64,000 nt of DNA. Source: Magallana gigas (lineage: Eukaryota). The notes below the pieces were generated by a model that saw only the letters and a list, made by a program, of their open reading frames with translations, was not told the DNA's origin and did no database searches. This document shows positions 1 through 11,115 of this stretch, piece after piece. Location: NCBI RefSeq assembly GCF_963853765.1, contig NC_088857.1:3844001-3908000 (forward strand), in the 5' to 3' direction. A program made the translations under genes and the position numbers. Each line of letters begins with the position of its first letter. Position 1 is the stretch's first letter.

Positions 1-48
1 AGACATTTCATTTTTTGATAAAGATTTTATCGACGGTAACAAGTAACT

Positions 49-125
49 TACTCCATAGCCGAGTGAATAAATTGTCAAGCTTGTGATTCGTACATCCCGA
101 GCCCGAGTTCGAATCCCGCAGGGGC
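49..125 (+). repeat. Degenerate tRNA-derived cassette (Pol III A-box/B-box), not a tRNA gene
   Basis: A-box TAGCCGAGTGA at 56-66 and B-box AGTTCGAATCC at 106-116; acceptor and T stems are broken. Confidence 0.5.
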
Positions 126-237
126 TTTTGTTGTTACTTACTGAACTGATTTGTTTAAATATTCATTTTCTATCCCCAAACTGCAATTTTTTCGCTTTTT
201 TGACATACATACAGTTTATTCATCATAAAATTATTCA

Positions 238-400
238 TATAAGGAATAAGGAATCATTCTTTGAGCATTATGAGATGATAATTTCGGTCGGGGCGTGATC
301 AAATCCAATAAAGCCCGAAGGGCATTATGATAGATTTGATCACGTCCCGGCCGGAATTATCATCTCATAATTTTCAAAGAATGATTCCTTATTTCTTATA
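238..400. mobile_element. Palindromic (hairpin) MITE-like element
   Basis: Inverted arms of about 75 bp (TATAAGGAATAAGGAATCATTCTTTG... / ...CAAAGAATGATTCCTTATTTCTTATA) around a central GCCCGAAGGGC hairpin. Confidence 0.7.
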
Positions 401-649
401 TTTATATAATTTTAAGCCATTGTACGATTAACTGTTTAAATATAACTAAGAAAACCCCGCTGGCGCCCCAATTTGTAGTTATGGGTTTTATAGTACAAAA
501 TCGATACGTAGTGTTATCACAGGCAAAGACACTAGGAAATGTAAATATAATCAAATAACTTACTGTTAATTTGGGCGACTTCCTCCAGGTGTCTTATTCC
601 ACATTAAAACAAGACAAGCTTTTTACAATCATATTACCCGGACAAAAAA

Positions 650-2370
650 GGGTACCTGTAAATTACGAAACGAAAGGAAATGAAACGAAATCTATCAAAA
701 CGAAACGAAATCTACCGATACGAAAATGAACCTATCGAAAGAAAACAAAAACAAAACGAAACCAACAGAAACAAAATGAAATAAAATCGAGGAAAATCAA
801 GTCAAAGTTATAACAATATGTACCTATTTCGATTCAAAATATATTTTATAGCTTATACTTTCTATTATGGATGTAACGGATTATTCATTAAAATGAATTG
901 CAATAAAAGATAAAAAGGTTTTCGCATTTCTAGACGTGCGCATTTGTAATTTGGAATACACTTTTAATACTTATCGCTCATTTTTGTGCAAAACAAAATC
1001 ATTAGACGGTATCTAAATATAAAACTAAATGCATTCCTTTTCGATTCTTGTTAATACAATCCATTTATATGCATTCATGTACAAGTATAAGCAAAACCAG
1101 ATTTTAAGACCTGGCAATTCTTTATTTGTTGTAATAAAAATATTCATCAGATCACGCACTTTTATAATTAAACAGTAAAATATATGCGGAAAATTTGGAA
1201 TTTTTTAATAAATAATACGGTAAAAGTGCAATTTCAACTACTTCTCAGCAGTTACAATTAATTACTTTGCCATACGTGCTCTTGCTTTTTGAGACACTGA
1301 CTTTTCATATAGTATTTGATTCTAACCAAAAGATTGTTAAAATTTTCTCAGCGAACTATACTAAAGGAGAACCATATTTCATTTTCACTGGGTCTTGACA
1401 TGCTACTTTATAAAGATTTTTTTTTACTATAGAAGCAATCATAAAAGATGGTTACATTCCTTCATACTAGAGATTTTATTTTTAACAATGGTGCATGATG
1501 AACAATGAAAACATAAACCTTGAAACCCACCGTGTGTGCATGTGTGTTTAGAGGTGGGGTGGGGGTAGAAGGGAAAAATTCTTCTAAGAACAACCTCTCA
1601 AAAATAAAGATCCGACAATGATTAGATGTATTTAGTAAGGTTTTTTTTTTATATAATTAATAGCGCGTATAAGTAACAATAATGCACTTTACTTCATTTC
1701 ATTCCTTGTGTACAGTTGTATTTATTTAGCAAGTTTATTTGTAAAGTATTTTTCGATTAAAAACAAAACCACTTACATCTAAATTTTGAAAAAATGGTTT
1801 GTTTTTTTAAATGATTTAGGACTAAAATATGAGTAAGTAGGACATATAGACATTTGTATAACAACAATATTTTATTTAGCTTTATAATATTGCGATTCAA
1901 AGAGAAAAAACATTAAAACCTAAATTTAAACAAATGGTCCTGTTTTAGATGACTTAGGATTAAATATGTATATAAGCAAGACAATAAAAAGGTTAGAGAA
2001 AACTATGCATATTTTTTAAATATAGTACGCCCGCGCATATTTGTAGCTGGCAGTTGGTTTATTGGTCGAACAAAAATGCACAGAAATACAAATATGTATG
2101 TAAATACATAACTAAACAAGAAAGCATTTAACGGTATTCAAATATAATATAAAAAGTGCTTGAACTAAATTTATGAAGTAAATATAGTCCATATGCCAGA
2201 TACGATTTATACAGTCATTATATAAATAATGCATATTGATCTGACATTAGATTTCGTATTTGATTTTGTTTGGTTTTGTAGGTTCGTTTTTATATTGTTT
2301 CGTTTCGTATTTGATTTCGTTTCGCTTTGTTTCGGTTTGCTGGATTTCGTTTCGGATTTTACAGGCACCC
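650..2370. mobile_element. Non-autonomous TIR DNA transposon with (CGAAA)-rich subterminal repeats
   Basis: Left end GGGTACCTGTAAATTACGAAACGAAA matches the reverse complement of the right end (GGGTGCCTGTAAAATCCGAAACGAAA); mirrored CGAAA/TTTCG arrays; no coding capacity; TSD not clear. Confidence 0.75.
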
Positions 2371-2945
2371 TACAAAATAATATTGTGATAATGGAAACGG
2401 AAGACCCTAAAAAGAAACCGTTGAAATACAATAATGTCTTATTGTGGAAACAGAAGACTCTATTGTAAAAAGAAACCGTAGAAAAACAATAGGCCTGGGA
2501 CTTCAGGTGGTAGTGAATGACTCTAATATTAAAGAGAAACCGTAGAAAAACAACTGGGTATTCCGTTGGAAACGGACTGCCTTAATAAGAATACACGAGA
2601 GATAGACATTATTTGAGAAATCTAAACTGTAGGATTGGATACAGTGTAGGTCATAAAGAGAATTAATTTCATAACAGACTTGTCAGTGGGGATGTGTCTA
2701 TAATTAGAGACAAGTCAGAGAAGAGAAAACGATATTAAAAGTTTCATTATGACAAAAATATAGACCATAACTGCAATGCTATCCAAGACATACAAATAAA
2801 TAAGTAATTGATCTACTATGAAACTGTAAAATGATCTACATATCGTACAAGTATATATTACCGTCATGGCTTCCATCAGAGATATCGGGATTTCCATTTT
2901 TTAGTTTTGCTCTTTAAACGCGGTGTATCCAAGCATGTCTGGGCT

Positions 2946-3500
2946 TTAAAGGGACATATAGTCACGATTTTGGTAAAAACTAATTTTTCGATTTTAATAT
3001 TTCCAATGCTTCAGAAATGCATTTTTAATAGGCAACCGGAATTTGAGTGTCATTAGTTGAGTTTTAAACGAGTTTCAGAGCTTGAAATTCTTCGTTATGT
3101 AAACAAAGTGTCTGTTTACATTTCGAACGTTGAAGTAAAAACTTCAGGTTTAAATCTAAAACGAATGTGTTAAACGTTAGGAATTGTTTATCTATGCCTA
3201 AATTGGATAAAAAGATAGTCAAATAAGCTGGAAAAGGATATTTTACTGGTAAATTGAACATATGTAAACAAAAACAGGCCAAGATCTTGTTTACATGACA
3301 AAGAATTGTTAGCCCTGTATCTTGCTTGTAACTCGAACGAACGACTCTCAAATTTTATTTGATCATTAGAAATGCATTTTTTAAGCATTGTAAACAATAA
3401 AAACAGAAAAATAGAATAGGCGTTCTATTGTTGTATCAGAAAAGTTTTACTTTGTACATGCATATATGAACTCTGTTATGTGGCTGCGAATAGATAAAAA
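2946..3500 (+). mobile_element. Truncated TTAA-flanked (Kolobok-like) non-autonomous element
   Basis: Begins TTAA|AGGGACATATAGTCACGATTTTGG; no matching right TIR seen; right boundary approximate. Confidence 0.35.
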
Positions 3501-3525
3501 CTGAGATATTTTAATTATTTGATTT

Positions 3526-3571
<46 letters not shown>
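3526..3571. repeat. (ATCA)n microsatellite
   Basis: About 11 perfect ATCA units. Confidence 0.95.
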
Positions 3572-4249
3572 TAAGCAATTATAACGCTTAAAGTAAGACC
3601 TCTGAATGACCAAAAGTACTGAATGAGCTCATTTGATTCCATAGCATCATTTTAGACAGGGTCCTATAAACTTGAGTTGTAAATCAGCCCCGTTAGGAGG
3701 AGTTCCAATCAAAGACTGTTGCAGGCAGTTGAATCAGTGTTATAAGTTGTTGTAAGAAAGAGAATACCAAAGATTTAATCTCAGGGCTTAAGCATGTAAT
3801 GTTTTGACTAATAGCATTTTTGATGTTACAATTCTTGAATTTACAGAGTTTTGGTTTTTTTTTAACCAAGGCTTATGGGCTAATCTCGCCTTGTCAATGT
3901 TAGTAACATTGTACATTGTTCATTATTGACTTACTTATCTAGAATAGCTATAAAGCTAATTTTATGCAATTAAAATGAGAAGAAATAAAAACAATGTGGA
4001 TTATAAATGTTTTTTTGCATATTGTATATATATACAATATATATATACAATAGGTTTGAACAAATGTTCATACAACTTATCAGGTTTCCACATTGACTAT
4101 GTTCTTGAATACGATTGAAAACAGCTTTCATTTTAAGTAGTTCACGAAAAGGTAACAAAAGATTAAAAAAAGAAGAAGGAGATTTAATACGATTAAATGC
4201 ATTAAGTTATATTTTTGATAAAAATATAACATTTTTGTAAAATCTTCTT

Positions 4250-4620
4250 CTCTTCTTCCACAGCTGGGCGAGTTAAAACTATATGCATGGTAGATATCAT
4301 GAAGTTCTCAACCTAAATTGTGAAATTCATTACGACCTAGGACACGGTTCAGGCCCTCGGATCGGGTAGGGACAATATGATCAATGTGAAAATACATATC
4401 ATATTAAAATATTTTCTTCTGTACCTTCACAGTTGTGGAAGATAAATTAAATGTATTGTTATTATCATGATGTCCATAATGTCCATTTTGATTATGAAAT
4501 TCACTGTCCCAGGCTTTACATTTGGTCGGGATGACAAATATGGCCATGTATTGATCACGTGGTTTTTTTAGTCGTGCATCGTCCGTGAACAATTTAACAT
4601 GTTTAACTTCATCTTCAAAA
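4250..4620. mobile_element. Degraded Helentron/pearl(CvA)-like fragments
   Basis: Segments such as CAACCTAAATTGTGAAATTCAT and GTCGTGCATCGTCCGTGAACAATTTAACATGTTTAACTTCATCTTC resemble bivalve pearl-type repeat modules (recognised from memory, no alignment run). Confidence 0.35.
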
Positions 4621-7266
4621 CCAATTGGTCATATTAAATATGTATTCTTTTTAAAAGAAATCTACTTTACTATAATGAAAAAACTCCGCAAAATACACAG
4701 TTAAATTTGTACCTTGTACAGAATACACCTTTACTATAATATATGGCTTTATTTAGCTAGTGATCGATTCCTGTTGATTGCTTAAAATCAGCTTTTTCTT
4801 AAACCAAAAGAAAAGAACCTAACAAAAACTCTATTGTATACACCTAAGATTTATAATTTGAATAAGCTAAGTTTCTGTGAAATGCTTGCAAACATCCCAA
4901 TGTCAAATTAGCATTTCAACTATAATTTAATATGTTCAGGAATTTTATTATAATAATATTTAAATAAAACCCCGAATTAAAATAAAAAAAAAAAAACACA
5001 CTTCACGTCGTATATACAATTTTATTTGAGTTGAAAGGAAAAGGTATCATAAATTAACTGGCTTCAATATGAGATTAGTTGTAATATCACGCAGTGTTAA
5101 AACTTTTTGGTTGAGGTTGAAAAGTCCATATTGATGATTTATTCATCATAAGTCAGTATCTCAGTACCAAATATCAATACCAATTTTGGAAGTAAAAAAT
5201 CTGAGTATTTAAGAAAAAATTATTATAATGTTTCATAAACAAAATCATAAGAACCGACAAATACTAGTAACATAACACATACCTAATACAATTCACTTTC
5301 TTTATTGTATTCCTAAGTATGATTACATCTATTTTCTGATTGTTATTCACACAGGCATGACTAAACAGAAATCTACGCAATTCAAAGCACGAGAAATATG
5401 TTCGCGGAAGAATATACATATTATTTTATTTGTTAAAACCCGTTAAAGATGTACTTTTAAAATTTTTAAAACAATATATTAATTAATGTGATAAGTGCTT
5501 TGCTTAGCTTTGAAAAAAAATTGTATAATAATAAATAATTGCTACCTCATTCATTGAGCTGTTCCATGTACTTTTGCTGCTTTTTTGCATGAATTACTTC
5601 TTGACTGCTCAGGACTAAAGACATACTATACTCTATTCCAAGATATCCTCGATTCACACTTTGTTTAATTATTCGATAGCTATAAAAACCTCAGGGTTCA
5701 AACGATGTCATTAAAAAGTATAAAAATATACTTTTTTGGTCTCCATTCGGGATACGAAGTTATCTACATGTAGCATTGCAATAAAACAATAATCTTCAAT
5801 ACTAGCTACGTACCTTCACACACCTCACTCGCCAAAAAGGAAGAGGAGGTTGGATGCGGCAGTCTGTATTCCCTCAACTATCAGCCCGATTAGACCATTA
5901 CTTGATGTGGATGGCCCCGCAGTGTTCTTGAAAAAGACCCTTTACCTAAGATATCTGTATCCTCTAGAAGACCTAGACACAGCGTGTCGAGCAGGGCATT
6001 TGCGAGCAAAGAGTCATCATTTGCCATTTGAAACTCTGACCATGTTTTGTAAATATTGTCTGCCAGAAGGACTCGTTTTAAATCTTTTTGTGAGATCGAA
6101 CAGGTCTGGTCTGTTGTAGATTTCTTTTTAAAGTAAATTTCCATTGTTCTCTAGGGATTTTGTAGGATTTCTCTGATTTTTGCAGCAACTTCGCGAGCAT
6201 TCTCCTGAGAGATACATGTATGGGCAAGTAGGTTACTTTCTATGAAATAATGCTGAAGATAAACATTCTCTAAACATTCCGCCATGTAGGTGAGCACATT
6301 TCCGAGTGCTACCAATATTGTGGAATGGCGATCAAAGAGTGATGGATCTTTTTCTCCACACTTGTGATAAAACGCATTGTTCCAGATGAATGTTGTCAAA
6401 GTATCCGAGTAGCATTCCAAAAATCCTTTTTGAAGGGATTTCAACAGCAACAGGCAGAGTCTCTGATCGGGACTGAAAGACTTTGCTAAAATGTGTTCTG
6501 CTTGATTGAAACCCAGACAGAAATCTTTTGAAGGATTGGGGTCGACAATGGCTTGTTTTGCCACTACGTACATCTCTGCGTTATAGATCTCATCGATTGT
6601 GTCCGGTTTCGGCCAAAGCAAGTCTTTCTTGCTCATCATTCGCTGTTTCCATTCCTCTAAACATGGAAGCTTTCCTTCAAGAGAAAATGCTGCAATAAAA
6701 TCATTGCTCCTTTTGTTAACATATTTAATGCGATGTACTTTCTCTGAGTCTGAGCCGGTCTCAGACTCTCGATCACAAATCCTCTTTGAAGGTGGCATAC
6801 TGTTTTTGGAAGAATCCGCTGATTTAATCAAACCACCGATGCTCTGAAACAGCGGCGAAAAGTTGTTATCCTTAGGGACTGTTTCTGCAAGCATACTGCA
6901 AAGAATAGAAAGAAGATCTATCATGTTGTTCGAAAGATTACTTGATTGAACAGCAGATTGAAAGCTCCACGCATTATCTTCTTCTTCTTCTTCGACTGTC
7001 GACAGGATTTCGGGATCAAAATCTTCATTTTCCTCGATAGAATAAAGTACCTGACTTGTTCCAGGTTTGGCTTCCAGATTGATTTCCAGGTGTTTGGAAT
7101 GCCTTTCCATAGATATCTTGGGGGCAGTCAAGATAGGCTTGAGCTCACTAGATATTGGAAAACCTTTATTCGTAACTTCGAATTCTTTCATAACCTTGCT
7201 GTGGAGATACTTTCCGTCCACAACCAGACCTCTTGAAAAAGATGTTTTGAGCTTGTCTGTACGTAT

Positions 7267-9576
7267 CACAGGATGAATGACCATTTTTAAGTCCTCCTTA
7301 AAGATAGCTTAAAGGTGTTTAAAGGTAGCTTAAAGACGATCTTTAAGCCACCTTTAAGCTATATGTGTTGTTTAAAGGTGGCTTAAAGAAAGCGTAAAGA
7401 TGGCTTAAAGGCAGCTTAAAGACTATCTTTAAGCCACCTTTAAGGACAACTTATAGGTCCTTAATGTCCAAACTTCTTTAAGCCACCTTTAAGCCACCTT
7501 TAAGCTACCTTTAAGCCACCTTTAAGCCATTAAAATTTTTTTTTTCAATATTGTGCTTAATTTCCAACAAAATGTATTAACTTTATGAAAGAAAAGGTAT
7601 AAAACGGTTTTTGTTCTAGAAAGAAAAATGAAAAAAAAATAAAAAAAAATCAGCCACGTTGAGAATTGAACCCGGGACCCTTAGTTTACTAGCATCACCA
7701 CACATCCTCTGGGCCACGACAACTTACATATGTGTGAGCGTTTTTATATCCTATATATCAGTGGATATTGAATCACTGTATTGAATGTGTTTACTTGAAA
7801 AGATTTTGACAAACCATTCAGTTTGTAACAATCAATTATATCTAATTTATAAATTACATGCATGCATGTATTAAGAATGAAATACGGAACTAGGTCTTCA
7901 GTGAACAAAAATATATTATACCTAAATGGAAACCGTTAGGTTCACTATAGTAGGCTTTCTTAGTTAATAAATTTAAACCAAGTAGATATACGTTCATCTA
8001 ATTTATAGCTATAAAAATGTAAGAAAGAAAATGAAATCATTTCTTTTATTAAATGCATTGATACTATTAGGGTATTTGTTCAATTTCCCGCAATTTCCCG
8101 GTTTTCATGATCGCGGCGCCGTTCCAATATGTTTAAATATTTACATGTAATTGTATGTACATGATTTTTAAATTATCAATTCTATAACAAACAAAATTAC
8201 CAATTACCGGTGACGTATTTACTGCATGTGGCAATTGCAAATGACTTGTACATACAATTGTATGTTGTGCCAGGCCGGGTATATTTGACATATTTTCCCT
8301 TATACATATATTTAAATAATCAACCCCTATTTATGATCACCGGTATATTAATTAATTAGCCTCAAGATTTTACTCTTACATACACGTATCGTTAATTTGT
8401 AGACGTAACATTTTTGAAACCCAGAGCTAGGAAATAATACTTTGAAAATGAATTACAAATGTAAATTAACTTTTATTCACTAGACTTATCGTATACTCGC
8501 ACATACTAAGATTCAACGCCTTTAGAAACCCCGACGTGCACCTGGGCACATGACACACCTGTTGTGTATATCTTGTATATTCTGTGTTAGTTCCAGGGGT
8601 TTTCTTAAGTTGGACAAACAATAGACTTTAATTAGATATACACAAACATACACCTGGGCACACGACACAACTGTTGTGTATATCTTGTATATTCTGTGTT
8701 AGTTCCAGGGGTTTTCTTAAGTTGGACAAACAATAGACTCTAATTAGATATACACAAACGAACAAAACTATGTCTAGACAAACAAAGCAGTAATATCCTG
8801 CCCGATATAACAAAGGCAGTTGAGAGTCTTTTCATCTTTAACATGTATCTAGCAGATCTAGAGTTAGAAATAATGAAAATTGAAAAAAAAAATACAAACC
8901 TTAAACCGATTAACAAATTAAATCATGCATTTTTTGGTTCATTATCTTTATTTTGTTTAATAACCGGAGAGAGAGAGAGTGAGAGGGAGAGAGAGAGATA
9001 TATTTTTTTCACCGATTAATTTATAATAGGAAACAAACATACTTTAATTAGTTTTATGCACATATTAAGATACAGAGACTGCGCTCAGCCCTACAATAAT
9101 TTTGAAAAATTTTACAAAAATTATAAAGAAATTTATAACGGCAATCTGTGACCATCGGAGCGGTGCTGATGATAGCGATCTGTGTTTAATGGAGCGACGA
9201 TTAAAACCGCCTGGAACACCCCCCCCCCCTTCCTTGGAAATTATATTATCATTCGGATGACCCCCTCCCATCTCTATAAAAGAGCTTTAAATTTGCATTT
9301 AATATATGTTTTTATTGTTCAGCTTGATCAATATTGACTTAAAGGCCACTTAAAGACAGTGTAAAGGCAGTGTAAAGAGAGCATAAATGCCACTTAAAGA
9401 TGCTTAAAGGTGGCTTAAAGGTCGCTTAAAGAAGTTTGGACATTAAGGACCTATAAGCACTTGCTTAAAGGTGACTTAAAGGCGGCTTAAAGGTTGTATA
9501 GCCTTTAAGCTCCTTTAAGTCACCTTTAAGCCACCTTTAAGGACTTAATTGCTTAAAGATGGTTTTTCGCCCTGTG
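7267..9576. mobile_element. Non-autonomous CMC/En-Spm (CACTA-like) DNA transposon, 2310 bp
   Basis: 25-bp TIRs CACAGGATGAATGACCATTTTTAAG / CACAGGGCGAAAAACCATCTTTAAG (20/25); 3-bp TSD TAT at 7264-7266 and 9577-9579; clusters of the 11-bp CTTAAAGGTGG motif in both orientations at about 7287-7532 and 9337-9557; perfect 34-bp inverted match 7450-7483 / 9424-9457; no transposase ORF. Confidence 0.85.
8539..8759. repeat. Tandem duplication with a 112-bp period inside the transposon
   Basis: CACCTGGGCACA...TTAGATATACACAAAC occurs at 8539 and again at 8651, nearly identical. Confidence 0.9.
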
Positions 9577-11030
9577 TATGTGTACAAAACATGCCAAATC
9601 CCCTCTCTGCTCTAGTGCGTCTACGGGTATGGTGATCCCGGATATAATAAGGTAGTCGTTATCTCCCTCATCCTTGAGGGAACGGAGCCGCAATCCTTTA
9701 ACTGTGCTGCCTGTCAGAATAACTCGCTCTTGTCCGAAATGGGAGGCATCATAAGTGATGTATTTACAATACTTTTCTTGCCTATCGTCATTTGGAACTG
9801 GCTAACTCTGGTCTTCCAAAGTTTTGATATAAGACTCTAGCTTGGTTCGTACTTCGGGGGACATCTTATCCATGTGCAAGCTCTGTGTAAACATGCCTCA
9901 GCATTATCAATATCATTGTAAGGCATCATGTACCGAGACGTAAAAGACGCATTCACCATGAAACGTTTATTTGCCAAACAAAATGTTTTTCTGTGTGGAT
10001 TGACAGTTCGTATCGTTTATTGACGTAATGTCGTGTTCATTAAAATTCATGAGAAGAAATTGTGCTTTTATTCTTGTCAAATTGCCGACCAGAGAGATTG
10101 AGAGGACTTTTTCAAAAGGTTTTTTGGTCGCAGTTACTAGCATTTATTTACCATAAAAATCGGCAAAAAATATTAAAACTGGAACCTGTGTCAGATAATA
10201 TTATTAAAAAGAGGTATAGCGCCTTTTCCGATTATTTCGCCTACACCTGTATTAATACGGCAAGTACTGTTCAAAAAAAGCTTCAGGTACCTAGCTGTTG
10301 TGGTATGATTTTCGAAACCTGCATATACAGTACTTATTTTTTAATGGTGTCTGTAACAACTGATTTGTTATAAATTCTGGAAACTCTGTGTATAACAGTA
10401 GTTGATATTCTGAACCGTGATAAGTTCAAGCAAAGTGCACTGGATCTAAGTGTAAATAGAGTACAGTGTTAATGAAGAGAATTGTCTATATTGGGTGTAC
10501 TCATACTCAGACTGAATTAAACAAGGTAATTTTAAAAAAACCCAGAAGATTAGATATGTGTAACTTAATCTCTCTATTCTGTTCATTTTTCAATTTAAGT
10601 AAAAAAAATTTACTACTTAGTGGATTTGATCCAGCGACCACAAAATCAAAAAGACCTCCGCGTTAGCACTAGGCCACGCATCTAACATTTTCAACAGATG
10701 CAATTTCAATATAGATGGCTATAAATATGATTGTATTAGAAAAGACACTACTTGAAATTTTGTCTAAATTTCCGTACGAAGACCACGTTAAACCAAAACT
10801 AATTCAAAACGTGTACTACGATACCTGTAGAATATAATTTTAATCGGATGTGTTTGGTTTAGAGTGGTTCAAATAGTCAAATATCCAATTTTTTATCGTT
10901 TTCTAACTACTTTCCACTATTAATACAGTTTTTTAAATATAATTATGTGGTTACATCTTTTCAACACAAGGTATAGGCTTAAATTGGTATTCTCGATAAC
11001 GATGGAATGTTCATTGTATTAAAATCAAAA

Positions 11031-11115
11031 GTACCTGCAGGAAGAGCTGATGGGAATCCGCCATGTTTGTGCCGTCAATTGATCCCGGTTCTTTCCTCTT
11101 TTCCCGCTGACCAAT
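11031..11115 (-). promoter_or_regulatory. Candidate promoter and short first exon upstream of the cGLR pseudogene
   Basis: Minus strand: CCAAT box (11111-11115), AAACATGGCG with ATG at 11064, 10 codons (MADSHQLFLQ), then donor CAG|GTACTT (GT at 11034-11033). Confidence 0.35.

Larger units (their letters stand above)
5890..9873 (-). pseudogene. cGAS-like receptor (cGLR; Mab-21 family nucleotidyltransferase) pseudogene interrupted by a DNA transposon
   Basis: The 5' part 9873..9577 reads MDKMSPEVRTKLESYIKTLEDQS*...VILTGSTVKGLRLRSLKDEGDNDYLII...ACFVHI (hGS-x14-DxD motif at 9655-9717). The 3' part 7263..6154 continues in frame (RTDKLK...NDFIAAF...EEWKQR...WP...GFNQAEHIL...QRLCLLLLK...LQHYFIESNLL), matching the Mab-21 C-lobe pattern. 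In-frame TAG at 9802-9804 and 6151-6153; the same frame continues to 5890. Confidence 0.85.

Noticed and set aside
49-125. Functional tRNA gene
   Set aside because: Acceptor, T and anticodon stems do not pair; only the promoter boxes remain.
3526-3571. Array of TGATTGAT Pbx sites
   Set aside because: A by-product of the (ATCA)n microsatellite about 29 kb from Hox1.
7267-9576. RAG-like/Transib transposon, because the ends start CACAG like the RSS heptamer
   Set aside because: The TSD is 3 bp (TAT), not 5 bp (the 5-bp flanks CGTAT and TATGT differ); no nonamer or RAG-like ORF; subterminal arrays fit En/Spm.
7267-9576. Insertion spliced out as an intron, rescuing the cGLR
   Set aside because: On the sense strand it begins CAC and ends GTG, not GT..AG, and a TAG at 9802-9804 precedes the catalytic motif anyway.
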